Assembly (NCBI GenBank): GCA_964016885.1
Contig: OZ024742.1
Span: 6,944,001-7,008,000, forward strand
Length of the DNA stretch: 64,000 nt
Direction of reading: 5' to 3'
Source of the DNA: Eledone cirrhosa
Lineage: Eukaryota
Made by a program: the position numbers and the translations under genes. The notes below the pieces were generated by a model. The model saw nothing but the letters and a program-made list of their open reading frames with translations. It was not told where the DNA came from and ran no database searches. Shown piece after piece: positions 13,076-28,100 of the stretch (the first letter of the stretch is position 1; the number at the start of each line of letters is the position of its first letter).

Positions 13076-16000
13076 TTCTCTGGTAATATACTTTCACCAA
13101 CATCCAGTTCAGACTCTCTCTGGTAATATACTGTCACCACCATCCAGTTCAGCCTCTCGATGGTAATATACTGTCACCAACATCTAGTTCAGCCTCTTTC
13201 TGGTAATATACTGTCACCAACATCCAGTTCAGCCTTTCTCTGGTAATATACTCTCACCAACATCCAGTTCAGCCTCTGTCTGGTAATATACTGTTACAAA
13301 CATACAGTTCAGCCTCTCTCTGGGAATATACTGTCACTACCATCCAGTTCAGCCTCTCTCTGGTAATATACTGTCACCAACATCTAGGTCAGCCTCTTTC
13401 TGGTAATATACTGTCACCAACATCCAGTTCAGCCTTTCTCTGGTAATATACTGTCACCAACATCCAGTTCAGCCTCTCTCTGGTAATATACTCTCACCAA
13501 CATCCAGTTCAGCTTCTCTCTGTTAATATACTGTCACCAACATCCAGTTAAGCCTTTCTCTGGTAATATACTGTCACCAACATCCAGTTCAGCCTCTCTC
13601 TGGTAATATACTGTCATCACCATCCAGTTCAGCCTCTCTCTGGTAATATACTGTCACCAACATCCAGTTCAACGTCTCTCTGGTAATATACTGTCACCAC
13701 CATTCAGTCCAGCCTCTCTCTGGTAATATACTGTCACAAACATCCAGTTCAGCATATCTCTGGTAATATATTGTCACTACCATACAGTTCAGCCTCTCTC
13801 TGGTAATATACTGTCACTAACATCCAGTTCAGCCTCTTTCTGGTAATATACTGTCACCAACATCCAGTTCAGCCTTTCTCTGGTAATATACTGTCACCAA
13901 CATCCAGTTCAGCCTCTCTCTGGTAACATACTGTCACCAACATCTAGTTCAGCCTCTCTCTGGTAATATACTGTCACCAACATCCAGTTCAGCCTCTCTC
14001 TGGTAAAATACTGTCACCACCATCCAGTTCAGCCTCTCTCTGGTAATATACCGTCACCAACATCTAGTTCAGCCTCTTTCTGGTAATATACTGTCACCAA
14101 CATCCAGTTCAGCCTTTCTCTGGTAATATACTGTCACCAACATCCAGTTCAGCCTCTCTCTGGTAATATACTGTCACCACCATCCAGTTCAGCCTCTCTA
14201 TGGTAATATACTGTCACCAACATCTAGTTCAGCCTCCTTCTGGTAATATACTGTCACCAACATCCAGTTCAGCCTTTCTCTGGTAATATACTGTCACCAA
14301 CATCCAGTTCAGCCTCTCTCTGGGAATATACTGTCACTACCATCCAGTTCAGCCTCTCTCTGGTAATATACTGTCACAAACATCCAGTTCAGCCTCTCTA
14401 TGGTAATATACTGTCACCAACATCTAGTTCAGCCTCTTTCTGGTAATATACTGTCACCAACATCCAGTTCAGCCTTTCTCTGGTAATATACTGTCACCAA
14501 CATCCAGTTAGCCTCTCTCTGGTAATATACTGTCACAAACATCCAGTTCAGCCTCTCTCTGGGAATATACTGTCACTACCATCCAGTTCAGCCTCTCTCT
14601 GGTAATATACTGTCACAAACATCCAGTTCAGCCTCTTTCTGGTAATATACTGTCACTACCATCCAGTTCAGCCTCTTTCTGGTAATATACTGTCACCAAC
14701 ATCCAGTTCAGCCTTTCTCTGGTAATATACTTTCACCAACATCCAGTTCAGACTCTCTCTGGTAATATACTGTCACCACCATCCAGTTCAGCCTATCGAT
14801 GGTAATATACTGTCACCAACATCTAGTTCAGCCTCTTTCTGGTAATATACTGTCACCAACATCCAGTTCAGCCTTTCTCTGGTAATATACTCTCACCAAC
14901 ATCCAGTTCAGCCTCTGTCTGGTAATATACTGTTACAAACATACAGTTCAGCCTCTCTCTGGGAATATACTGTCACTACCATCCAGTTCAGCCTCTCTCT
15001 GGTAATATACTGTCACCAACATCTAGGTCAGCCTCTTTCTGGTAATATACTGTCACCAACATCCAGTTCAGCCTTTCTCTGGTAATATACTGTCACCAAC
15101 ATCCAGTTCAGCCTCTCTCTGGTAATATACTCTCACCAACATACAGTTCAGCTTCTCTCTGGTAATATACTGTCACCAACATCCAGTTCAGCTTCTCTCT
15201 GGTAATATACTCTCACCAACATCCAGTTCAGCTTCTCTCTGTTAATATACTGTCACCAACATCCAGTTAAGCCTTTCTCTGGTAATATACTGTCACCAAC
15301 ATCCAGTTCAGCCTCTCTCTGGTAATATACTGTCATCACCATCCAGTTCAGCCTCTCTCTGGTAATATACTGTCACCAACATCCAGTTCAACGTCTCTCT
15401 GGTAATATACTGTCACCACCATTCAGTCCAGCCTCTCTCTGGTAATATACTGTCACAAACATCCAGTTCAGCATATCTCTGGTAATATATTGTCACTACC
15501 ATACAGTTCAGCCTCTCTCTGGTAATATACTGTCACTAACATCCAGTTCAGCCTCTTTCTGGTAATATACTGTCACCAACATCCAGTTCAGCCTTTCTCT
15601 GGTAATATACTGTCACCAACATCCAGTTCAGCCTCTCTCTGGTAACATACTGTCACCAACATCTAGTTCAGCCTCTCTCTGGTAATATACTGTCACCAAC
15701 ATCCAGTTCAGCCTCTCTCTGGTAAAATACTGTCACCACCATCCAGTTCAGCCTCTCTCTGGTAATATACCGTCACCAACATCTAGTTCAGCCTCTTTCT
15801 GGTAATATACTGTCACCAACATCCAGTTCAGCCTTTCTCTGGTAATATACTGTCACCAACATCCAGTTCAGCCTCTCTCTGGTAATATACTGTCACCACC
15901 ATCCAGTTCAGCCTCTCTATGGTAATATACTGTCACCAACATCTAGTTCAGCCTCCTTCTGGTAATATACTGTCACCAACATCCAGTTCAGTTTTTCTCT

Positions 16001-16100
16001 GGTAATATACTGTCACCAACATCCAGTTCAGCCTCTCTCTGGGAATATACTGTCACTACCATCCAGTTCAGCCTCTCTCTGGTAATATACTGTCACAAAC
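12740..16100 (+). repeat. Tandem duplication, about 1.64-1.72 kb unit (41-43 monomers), two copies
   Basis: The C deletion at about 12871/14510 and TTTCACC..GACTC at 13082/14721 are offset by 1,639. CTAGGTC occurs in both copies. GCATATCTCTGGTAATATATTG at about 13752/15471 is offset by 1,719, so the second copy has two extra monomers near 15121-15200. Confidence 0.85.
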
Positions 16101-19100
16101 ATCCAGTTCAGCCTCTCTCTGGTAATATACTGTCACTACCATCCAGCTCAGCCTCTTTCTGGTAATATACTGGCACCAACATCCAGTTCAGACTTTCTCT
16201 GGTAATATACTGTCACCAACATCCAGTTCAGCCTCTCTCTGGTAACATACTGACACCACCATCCAGTTCAGCCTCTCTCTGGTAATATACCGTCACCAAC
16301 ATCTAGTTCAGCCTCTTTCTGGTAATATACTGTCACCAACATCCAGTTCAGCCTCTCTGTGGTAATATACTGTCACCAACATACAGTTCAGCCTCTCTCT
16401 GGTACTATACTGTCACCAACATGCAGTTCAGACTCTCTCTGGTAATATACTCTCACCAACATCCAGTTCAGCTTCTCTCTGGTAATATACTGTCACCAAC
16501 ATCCAGTTCAGCTTCTCTCTGGTAATATACTCTCACCAACATCCAGTTCAGCTTCTCTCTGTTAATATACTGTCACCACCATCCAGTTCAGCCTCCCTCT
16601 GGTAATATACTGTCACCGACACCCAGTCCAGCTTCTCTCTGTTAATATACTGTCACCAACACCCAGTTCAGCTTCTCTCTGTTAATATACTGTCACCAAC
16701 ACACAGTTCAGCTTCTCTCTCGTGATATACTGTCACCAATATCCAGTTCAGCTTCTCTCTGGTAATATACTGTCACCAACATCCAGCTTAGTTTCTCTCT
16801 GGTAATATAGTGTCACCAACATCTAGTACAGCCTCTCTCTGGTAATATACTGTCACCAACATCCAGTTCAGCTTCTCTCTGTTAATATACTGTCACCAAC
16901 ATCCAGTTAAGCCTTTCTCTGGTAATATACTGTCACCAACATCCAGTTCAGCCTCTCTCTGGTAATATACTGTCATCACCATCCAGTTCAGCCTCTCTCT
17001 GGTAATATACTGTCACCAACATCCAGTTCAACGTCTCTCTGTTAATATACTGTCACCACCATTCAGTCCAGCCTCTCTCTGGTAATATACTGTCACAAAC
17101 ATCCAGTTCAGCATATCTCTGGTAATATATTGTCACTACCATACAGTTCAGCCTCTCTCTGGTAATATACTGTCACTAATATCCAGTTCAGCCTCTTTCT
17201 GGTAATATACTGTCACCAACATCCAGTTCAGCCTTTCTCTGGTAATATACTGTCACCAACATCCAGTTCAGCCTCTCTCTGGTAACATACTGTCACCAAC
17301 ATCTAGTTCAGCCTCTCTCTGGTAATATACTGTCACCAACATCCAGTTCAGCCACTCTCTGGTAAAATACTGTCACCACCATCCAGTTCAGCCTCTCTCT
17401 GGTAATATACCGTCACCAACATCTAGTTCAGCCTCTTTCTGGTAATATACTGTCACCAACATCCAGTTCAGCCTTTCTCTGGTAATATACTGTCACCAAC
17501 ATCCAGTTAAGCCTCTCTCTGGTAATATACTGTCACCACCATCCAGTTCAGCCTCTCTATGGTAATATACTGTCACCAACATCTAGTTCAGCCTCCTTCT
17601 GGTAATATACTGTCACCAACATCCAGTTCAGCCTTTCTCTGGTAATATACTGTCACCAACATCCAGTTCAGCCTCTCTCTGGTAATATACTGTCACCACC
17701 ATCCAGTTCAGCCTCTCTATGGTAATATACTGTCACCAACATCTAGTTCAGCCTCCTTCTGGTAATATACTGTCACCAACATCCAGTTCAGTTTTTCTCT
17801 GGTAATATACTGTCACCAACATCCAGTTCAGCCTCTCTCTGGGAATATACTGTCACTACCATCCAGTTCAGCCTCTCTCTGGTAATATACTGTCACAAAC
17901 ATCCAGTTCAGCCTCTCTCTGGTAATATACTGTCACTACCATCCAGCTCAGCCTCTTTCTGGTAATATACTGGCACCAACATCCAGTTCAGACTTTCTCT
18001 GGTAATATACTGTCACCAACATCCATTTCAGCCTCTCTCTGGTAACATACTGACACCACCATCCAGTTCAGCCTCTCTCTGGTAATATACCGTCACCAAC
18101 ATCTAGTTCAGCCTCTTTCTGGTAATATACTGTCACCAACATCCAGTTCAGCCTCTCTGTGGTAATATACTGTCACCAACATACAGTTCAGCCTCTCTCT
18201 GGTACTATACTGTCACCAACATGCAGTTCAGACTCTCTCTGGTAATATACTCTCACCAACATCCAGTTCAGCTTCTCTCTGGTAATATACTGTCACCAAC
18301 ATCCAGTTCAGCTTCTCTCTGGTAATATACTCTCACCAACATCCAGTTCAGCTTCTCTCTGTTAATATACTGTCACCACCATCCAGTTCAGCCTCCCTCT
18401 GGTAATATACTGTCACCGACACCCAGTCCAGCTTCTCTCTGTTAATATACTGTCACCAACACCCAGTTCAGCTTCTCTCTGTTAATATACTGTCACCAAC
18501 ACACAGTTCAGCTTCTCTCTCGTGATATACTGTCACCAATATCCAGTTCAGCTTCTCTCTGGTAATATACTGTCACCAACATCCAGCTTAGTTTCTCTCT
18601 GGTAATATAGTGTCACCAACATCTAGTACAGCCTCTCTCTGGTAATATACTGTCACCAACATCCAGTTCAGCTTCTCTCTGTTAATATACTGTCACCAAC
18701 ATCCAGTTAAGCCTTTCTCTGGTAATATACTGTCACCAACATCCAGTTCAGCCTCTCTCTGGTAATATACTGTCATCACCATCCAGTTCAGCCTCTCTCT
18801 GGTAATATACTGTCACCAACATCCAGTTCAACGTCTCTCTGTTAATATACTGTCACCACCATTCAGTCCAGCCTCTCTCTGGTAATATACTGTCACAAAC
18901 ATCCAGTTCAGCATATCTCTGGTAATATATTGTCACTACCATACAGTTCAGCCTCTCTCTGGTAATATACTGTCACTAATATCCAGTTCAGCCTCTTTCT
19001 GGTAATATACTGTCACCAACATCCAGTTCAGCCTTTCTCTGGTAATATACTGTCACCAACATCCAGTTCAGCCTCTCTCTGGTAACATACTGTCACCAAC

Positions 19101-22100
19101 ATCTAGTTCAGCCTCTCTCTGGTAATATACTGTCACCAACATCCAGTTCAGCCACTCTCTGGTAAAATACTGTCACCACCATCCAGTTCAGCCTCTCTCT
19201 GGTAATATACCGTCACCAACATCTAGTTCAGCCTCTTTCTGGTAATATACTGTCACCAACATCCAGTTCAGCCTTTCTCTGGTAATATACTGTCACCAAC
19301 ATCCAGTTAAGCCTCTCTCTGGTAATATACTGTCACCACCATCCAGTTCAGCCTCTCTATGGTAATATACTGTCACCAACATCTAGTTCAGCCTCCTTCT
19401 GGTAATATACTGTCACCAACATCCAGTTCAGCCTTTCTCTGGTAATATACTGTCACCAACATCCAGTTCAGCCTCTCTCTGGGAATATACTGTCACTACC
19501 ATCCAGTTCAGCCTCTCTCTGGTAATATACTGTCACAAAAATCCAGTTCAGCCTCTCTCTGGTAATATACTGTCACTACCATCCAGCTCAGCCTCTTTCT
19601 GGTAATATACTGGCACCAACATCCAGTTCAGACTTTCTCTGGTAATATACTGTCACCAACATCCAGTTCAGCCTCTCTCTGGTAACATACTGACACCACC
19701 ATCCAGTTCAGCCTCTCTCTGGTAATATACCGTCACCAACATCTAGTTCAGCCTCTTTCTGGTAATATACTGTCACCAACATCCAGTTCAGCCTTTCTCT
19801 GGTAATATACTTTCACCAACATCCAGTTCAGCCTCTCTCTGGGAATAAACTGTCACTACCATCCAGTTCAGCCTCTCTCTGGTAATATACCGTCACCAAC
19901 ATCTAGTTCAGCCTCTTTCTGGTAATATACTGTCACCAACATCCAGTTCAGCCTTTCTGTGGTAATATACTGTCACCAACATACAGTTCAGCCTCTCTCT
20001 GGTACTATACTGTCAACAACATGCAGTTCAGACTCTCTCTGGTAATATACTCTCACCAACATCCAGTTCAGCTTCTCTCTGGTAATATACTGTCACCAAC
20101 ATCCAGTTCAGCTTCTCTCTGGTAATATACTCTCACCAACATCCAGTTCAGCTTCTCTCTGTTAATATACTGTCACCACCATCCAGTTCAGCCTCCCTCT
20201 GGTAATATACTGTCACCGACACCCAGTCCAGCTTCTCTCTGTTAATATACTGTCACCAACATCCAGTTCAGCTTCTCTCTGGTAATATACTGTCACCAAC
20301 ACCCAGTTCAGCTTCTCTCTGTTAATATACTGTCACCAACACACAGTTCAGCTTCTCTCTCGTGATATACTGTCACCAATATCCGGTTCAGCTTCTCTCT
20401 GGTAATATACTGTCACCAACATCCAGTTTAGTTTCTCTCTGGTAATATAGTGTCACCAACATCTAGTACAGCCTCTCTCTGGTAATATACTGTCACCAAC
20501 ATCCAGTTCAACTTCACTCCGGTGATATACGGTCACCAACATCCAGTTCAATTTCTCTCTGGTAATATACTGTCACCAACATCCAGTTCAGCATTTCTCT
20601 GGTAATATACTGTCACCAACATCCAGTTCAGCCTCTCTCTGGTAATATACTGTCACCACCATCCAGTTCAGCCTCTCTCTGGTAATATACTGTCACCAAC
20701 ATCCAGTTCAGCGTCTCTCTGGTAATATACTGTCACCACCATCCAGTTCAGCCTCTCTCTGGTAATATACTGTCACAAACATCCAGTTCAGCCTATCTCT
20801 GGTAATATACTGTCACTACCATCCAGTTCAGCCTCTCTCTGGTAATATACTGTCACCAACATCCAGTTCAGCGTCTCTCTGGTAATATACTGTCACCACC
20901 ATCCAGTTCAGCCTCTCTCTGGTAATATACTGTCACAAACATCCAGTTCAGCCTCTCTCTGGTAATATACTGTCACTACCATCCAGTTCAGCCTCTTTCT
21001 GGTAATATACTGTCACCAACATCCAGTTCAGCCTTTTTCTGGTAATATACTGTCACCAACATCCAGTTCAGCCTCTCTCTGGTAACATACTGTCACTAAC
21101 ATCCATTTCAGCCTCTCTCTGGTAATATACCGTCCCCAACATCTAGTTCAGCCTCTTTCTGGTAATATACTGTCACCAACATCCAGTTCAGCCTTTCTCT
21201 GGTAATATACTGTCACCAACATCCAGTTCAGCCTCTCGCTGGTAATATACTGTCACCACCATTCAGTTCAGCCTCTCTATGGTAATATACTGTCACCAAC
21301 ATACAGTTCAGCCTCTTTCTGGTAATATACTGTCACCAACATCCAGTTCAGCCTTTCTCTGGTAATATACTGTCACCAACATCCAGTTCAGCCTCTCTCT
21401 GGTAATATACTGTCACCAACATCCAGTTCAGCCTCTCTGTGGTAATATACTGTCACCATCATGCAGTTCAGCTTCTCTCTGGTAATATACTGTCACCAAC
21501 ATCCAGTTTAGTTTCTCTCTGGTAATATAGTGTCACCAACATCCAGTTTAGTTTCTCTCTGGTAATATAGTGTCACCAACATCTAGTACAGCCTCTCTCT
21601 GGTAATATACTGTCACCAACATCCAGTTCAGCTTCACTCCGGTGATATACGGTCACCAACATCCAGTTCAATTTCTCTCTGGTAATATACTGTCACCAAC
21701 ATCCAGTTCAGCCTTTCTCTGGTAATATACTTTCACCAACATCCAGTTCAGCCTCTCTCTGGTAATATACTGTCACCATCATCCAGCTCAGCCTCTCTCT
21801 GGTAATATACTGTCACCACCATCCAGTTCAGCCTCTCTCTGGTAATATACTGTCACCACTATCCAGTTCAGCCTCTCTCTGGTAATATACTGTCACAAAC
21901 TTCCAGTTCAGCCTATCTCTGGTAATATACTGTCACTACCATCCAGTTCAGTCTCTCTCTGGTAATATACTGTCACTACCATCCAGTTCAGCCTCTTTCT
22001 GGTAATATACTGTCACCAACATCCAGTTCAGCCTTTCTCTGGTAATATACTGTCACCAACATCCAGTTCAGCCTCTCTCTGGTAACATACTGTCACCACT

Positions 22101-25100
22101 ATCCAGTTCAGCCTCTCTCTGGTCATATACTGTCACCAACATCTAGTTCAGCCTCTTTTTGGTAATATACTGTCACCAACATCCAGTTCAGCCTTTCTCT
22201 GGTAATATACTGTCACCAACATCCAGTTCAGCCTCTCTCTGGTAATATACTGTCACCACCATCCAGTTCAGCCTCTCTATGGTAATATACTGTCACCAAC
22301 ATCTAGTTCAGCCTCTTTCTGGTAATATACTGTCACCAACATCCAGTTCAGCCTTTCTCTGGTAATATACTGTCACCAACATCCAGTTCAGCCTCTCTCT
22401 GGTAATATACTGTCACAAACATCCAGTTCAGCCTCTCTCTGGGAATATACTGTCACTACCATCCAGTTCAGCCTCTCTCTGGTAATATACTGTCACAAAC
22501 ATCCAGTTCAGCCTCTTTCTGGTAATATACTGTCACTACCATCCAGTTCAGCCTCTTTCTGGTAATATACTGTCACCAACATCCAGTTCAGCCTTTCTCT
22601 GGTAATATACTTTCACCAACATCCAGTTCAGACTCTCTCTGGTAATATACTGTCACCACCATCCAGTTCAGCCTCTCGATGGTAATATACTGTCACCAAC
22701 ATCCAGTTCAGCCTCTGTCTGGTAATATACTGTTACAAACATACAGTTCAGCCTCTCTCTGGGAATATACTGTCACTACCATGCAGTTCAGCCTCTCTCT
22801 GGTAATATACTGTCACCAGCATCCAGTTCAGCCTCTCTGTGGTAATATACTGTCACAAACATACAGTTCAGCCTCTCTCTGGTACTATACTGTCACCAAC
22901 ATGCAGTTCAGCCTCTCTCTGGTAATATACTCTCACCAACATACAGTTCAGCTTCTCTCTGGTAATATACTGTCACCAACATCCAGTTCAGCTTCTCTCT
23001 GGTAATATACTCTCACCAACATCCAGTTCAGCTTCTCTCTGTTAATATACTGTCACCAACATCCAGTTCAGCCTCTCTCTGGTAATATACTGTCACCAAC
23101 ATCCAGTTCAGCTTCTCTCTGGTAATATAGTGTCACCACCATCCAGTTCAGCCTCTCTCTGGTAATATACTCTCACCGACACCCAGTCCAGCTTCTCTCT
23201 GTTAATATACTGTCACCAACATCCAGTTCAGCTTCTCTCTGGTAATATACTGTCACCAACACCCAATTCAGCTTCTCTCTGTTAATATACTGTCACCAAC
23301 ACACAGTTCAGCTTCTCTCTCGTGATATACTGTCACTAACATCCAGTTCAGCCTCTTTCTGGTAATATACTGTCACCAACATCCAGTTCAGCCTTTCTCT
23401 GGTAATATACTGTCACCAACATCCAGTTCAGCCTCTCTCTGGTAACATACTGTCACCAACATCTAGTTCAGCCTCTCTCTGGTAATATACTGTCACCAAC
23501 ATCCAGTTCAGCCTCTCTCTGGTAAAATACTGTCACCACCATCCAGTTCAGCCTCTCTCTGGTAATATACCGTCACCAACATCTAGTTCAGCCTCTTTCT
23601 GGTAATATACTGTCACCAACATCCAGTTCAGCCTTTCTCTGGTAATATACTGTCACCAACATCCAGTTCAGCCTCTCTCTGGTAATATACTGTCACCACC
23701 ATCCAGTTCAGCCTCTCTATGGTAATATACTGTCACCAACATCTAGTTCAGCCTCCTTCTGGTAATATACTGTCACCAACATCCAGTTCAGCCTTTCTCT
23801 GGTAATATACTGTCACCAACATCCAGTTCAGCCTCTCTCTGGGAATATACTGTCACTACCATCCAGTTCAGCCTCTCTCTGGTAATATACTGTCACAAAC
23901 ATCCAGTTCAGCCTCTCTCTGGTAATATACTGTCACTACCATCCAGCTCAGCCTCTTTCTGGTAATATACTGGCACCAACATCCAGTTCAGACTTTCTCT
24001 GGTAATATACTGTCACCAACATCCAGTTCAGCCTCTCTCTGGTAACATACTGACACCACCATCCAGTTCAGCCTCTCTCTGGTAATATACCGTCACCAAC
24101 ATCTAGTTCAGCCTCTTTCTGGTAATATACTGTCACCAACATCCAGTTCAGCCTCTCTGTGGTAATATACTGTCACCAACATACAGTTCAGCCTCTCTCT
24201 GGTACTATACTGTCACCAACATGCAGTTCAGACTCTCTCTGGTAATATACTCTCACCAACATCCAGTTCAGCTTCTCTCTGGTAATATACTGTCACCAAC
24301 ATCCAGTTCAGCTTCTCTCTGGTAATATACTCTCACCAACATCCAGTTCAGCTTCTCTCTGTTAATATACTGTCACCACCATCCAGTTCAGCCTCCCTCT
24401 GGTAATATACTGTCACCGACACCCAGTCCAGCTTCTCTCTGTTAATATACTGTCACCAACACCCAGTTCAGCTTCTCTCTGTTAATATACTGTCACCAAC
24501 ACACAGTTCAGCTTCTCTCTCGTGATATACTGTCACCAATATCCAGTTCAGCTTCTCTCTGGTAATATACTGTCACCAACATCCAGTTTAGTTTCTCTCT
24601 GGTAATATAGTGTCACCAACATCTAGTACAGCCTCTCTCTGGTAATATACTGTCACCAACATCCAGTTCAGCTTCTCTCTGTTAATATACTGTCACCAAC
24701 ATCCAGTTAAGCCTTTCTCTGGTAATATACTGTCACCAACATCCAGTTCAGCCTCTCTCTGGTAATATACTGTCATCACCATCCAGTTCAGCCTCTCTCT
24801 GGTAATATACTGTCACCAACATCCAGTTCAACGTCTCTCTGTTAATATACTGTCACCACCATTCAGTCCAGCCTCTCTCTGGTAATATACTGTCACAAAC
24901 ATCCAGTTCAGCATATCTCTGGTAATATATTGTCACTACCATACAGTTCAGCCTCTCTCTGGTAATATACTGTCACTAATATCCAGTTCAGCCTCTTTCT
25001 GGTAATATACTGTCACCAACATCCAGTTCAGCCTTTCTCTGGTAATATACTGTCACCAACATCCAGTTCAGCCTCTCTCTGGTAACATACTGTCACCAAC

Positions 25101-28100
25101 ATCTAGTTCAGCCTCTCTCTGGTAATATACTGTCACCAACATCCAGTTCAGCCACTCTCTGGTAAAATACTGTCACCACCATCCAGTTCAGCCTCTCTCT
25201 GGTAATATACCGTCACCAACATCTAGTTCAGCCTCTTTCTGGTAATATACTGTCACCAACATCCAGTTCAGCCTTTCTCTGGTAATATACTGTCACCAAC
25301 ATCCAGTTAAGCCTCTCTCTGGTAATATACTGTCACCACCATCCAGTTCAGCCTCTCTATGGTAATATACTGTCACCAACATCTAGTTCAGCCTCCTTCT
25401 GGTAATATACTGTCACCAACATCCAGTTCAGCCTTTCTCTGGTAATATACTGTCACCAACATCCAGTTCAGCCTCTCTCTGGGAATATACTGTCACTACC
25501 ATCCAGTTCAGCCTCTCTCTGGTAATATACTGTCACAAAAATCCAGTTCAGCCTCTCTCTGGTAATATACTGTCACTACCATCCAGCTCAGCCTCTTTCT
25601 GGTAATATACTGGCACCAACATCCAGTTCAGACTTTCTCTGGTAATATACTGTCACCAACATCCAGTTCAGCCTCTCTCTGGTAACATACTGACACCACC
25701 ATCCAGTTCAGCCTCTCTCTGGTAATATACCGTCACCAACATCTAGTTCAGCCTCTTTCTGGTAATATACTGTCACCAACATCCAGTTCAGCCTTTCTCT
25801 GGTAATATACTTTCACCAACATCCAGTTCAGCCTCTCTCTGGGAATAAACTGTCACTACCATCCAGTTCAGCCTCTCTCTGGTAATATACCGTCACCAAC
25901 ATCTAGTTCAGCCTCTTTCTGGTAATATACTGTCACCAACATCCAGTTCAGCCTTTCTGTGGTAATATACTGTCACCAACATACAGTTCAGCCTCTCTCT
26001 GGTACTATACTGTCACCAACATGCAGTTCAGACTCTCTCTGGTAATATACTCTCACCAACATCCAGTTCAGCTTCTCTCTGGTAATATACTGTCACCAAC
26101 ATCCAGTTCAGCTTCTCTCTGGTAATATACTCTCACCAACATCCAGTTCAGCTTCTCTCTGTTAATATACTGTCACCACCATCCAGTTCAGCCTCCCTCT
26201 GGTAATATACTGTCACCGACACCCAGTCCAGCTTCTCTCTGTTAATATACTGTCACCAACATCCAGTTCAGCTTCTCTCTGGTAATATACTGTCACCAAC
26301 ACCCAGTTCAGCTTCTCTCTGTTAATATACTGTCACCAACACACAGTTCAGCTTCTCTCTCGTGATATACTGTCACCAATATCCGGTTCAGCTTCTCTCT
26401 GGTAATATACTGTCACCAACATCCAGTTTAGTTTCTCTCTGGTAATATAGTGTCACCAACATCTAGTACAGCCTCTCTCTGGTAATATACTGTCACCAAC
26501 ATCCAGTTCAACTTCACTCCGGTGATATACGGTCACCAACATCCAGTTCAATTTCTCTCTGGTAATATACTGTCACCAACATCCAGTTCAGCATTTCTCT
26601 GGTAATATACTGTCACCAACATCCAGTTAAGCCTCTCTCTGGTAATATACTGTCACCACCATCCAGTTCAGCCTCTCTCTGGTAATATACTGTCACCAAC
26701 ATCCAGTTCAGCGTCTCTCTGGTAATATACTGTCACCACCATCCAGTTCAGCCTCTCTCTGGTAATATACTGTCACAAACATCCAGTTCAGCCTATCTCT
26801 GGTAATATACTGTCACTACCATCCAGTTCAGCCTCTCTCTGGTAATATACTGTCACCAACATCCAGTTCAGCGTCTCTCTGGTAATATACTGTCACCACC
26901 ATCCAGTTCAGCCTCTCTCTGGTAATATACTGTCAAAAACATCCAGTTCAGTCTCTCTCTGGTAATATACTGTCACTACCATCCAGTTCAGCCTCTTTCT
27001 GGTAATATACTGTCACCAACATCCAGTTCAGCCTTTTTCTGGTAATATACTGTCACCAACATCCAGTTCAGCCTCTCTCTGGTAACATACTGTCACTAAC
27101 ATCCATTTCAGCCTCTCTCTGGTAATATACCGTCCCCAACATCTAGTTCAGCCTCTTTCTGGTAATATACTGTCACCAACATCCAGTTCAGCCTTTCTCT
27201 GGTAATATACTGTCACCAACATCCAGTTCAGCCTCTCGCTGGTAATATACTGTCACCACCATTCAGTTCAGCCTCTCTATGGTAATATACTGTCACCAAC
27301 ATACAGTTCAGCCTCTTTCTGGTAATATACTGTCACCAACATCCAGTTCAGCCTTTCTCTGGTAATATACTGTCACCAACATCCAGTTCAGCCTCTCTCT
27401 GGTAATATACTGTCACCAACATCCAGTTCAGCCTCTCTGTGGTAATATACTGTCACCATCATGCAGTTCAGCTTCTCTCTGGTAATATACTGTCACCAAC
27501 ATCCAGTTTAGTTTCTCTCTGGTAATATAGTGTCACCAACATCCAGTTTAGTTTCTCTCTGGTAATATAGTGTCACCAACATCTAGTACAGCCTCTCTCT
27601 GGTAATATACTGTCACCAACATCCAGTTCAGCTTCACTCCGGTGATATACGGTCACCAACATCCAGTTCAATTTCTCTCTGGTAATATACTGTCACCAAC
27701 ATCCAGTTCAGCCTTTCTCTGGTAATATACTTTCACCAACATCCAGTTCAGCCTCTCTCTGGTAATATACTGTCACCATCATCCAGCTCAGCCTCTCTCT
27801 GGTAATATACTGTCACCACCATCCAGTTCAGCCTCTCTCTGGTAATATACTTTTACCACTATCCAGTTCAGCCTCTCTCTGGTAATATACTGTCACAAAC
27901 TTCCAGTTCAGCCTATCTCTGGTAATATACTGTCACTACCATCCAGTTCAGTCTCTCTCTGGTAATATACTGTCACTACCATCCAGTTCAGCCTCTTTCT
28001 GGTAATATACTGTCACCAACATCCAGTTCAGCCTTTCTCTGGTAATATACTGTCACCAACATACAGTTCAGCCTCTCTCTGGTAACATACTGTCACCACT

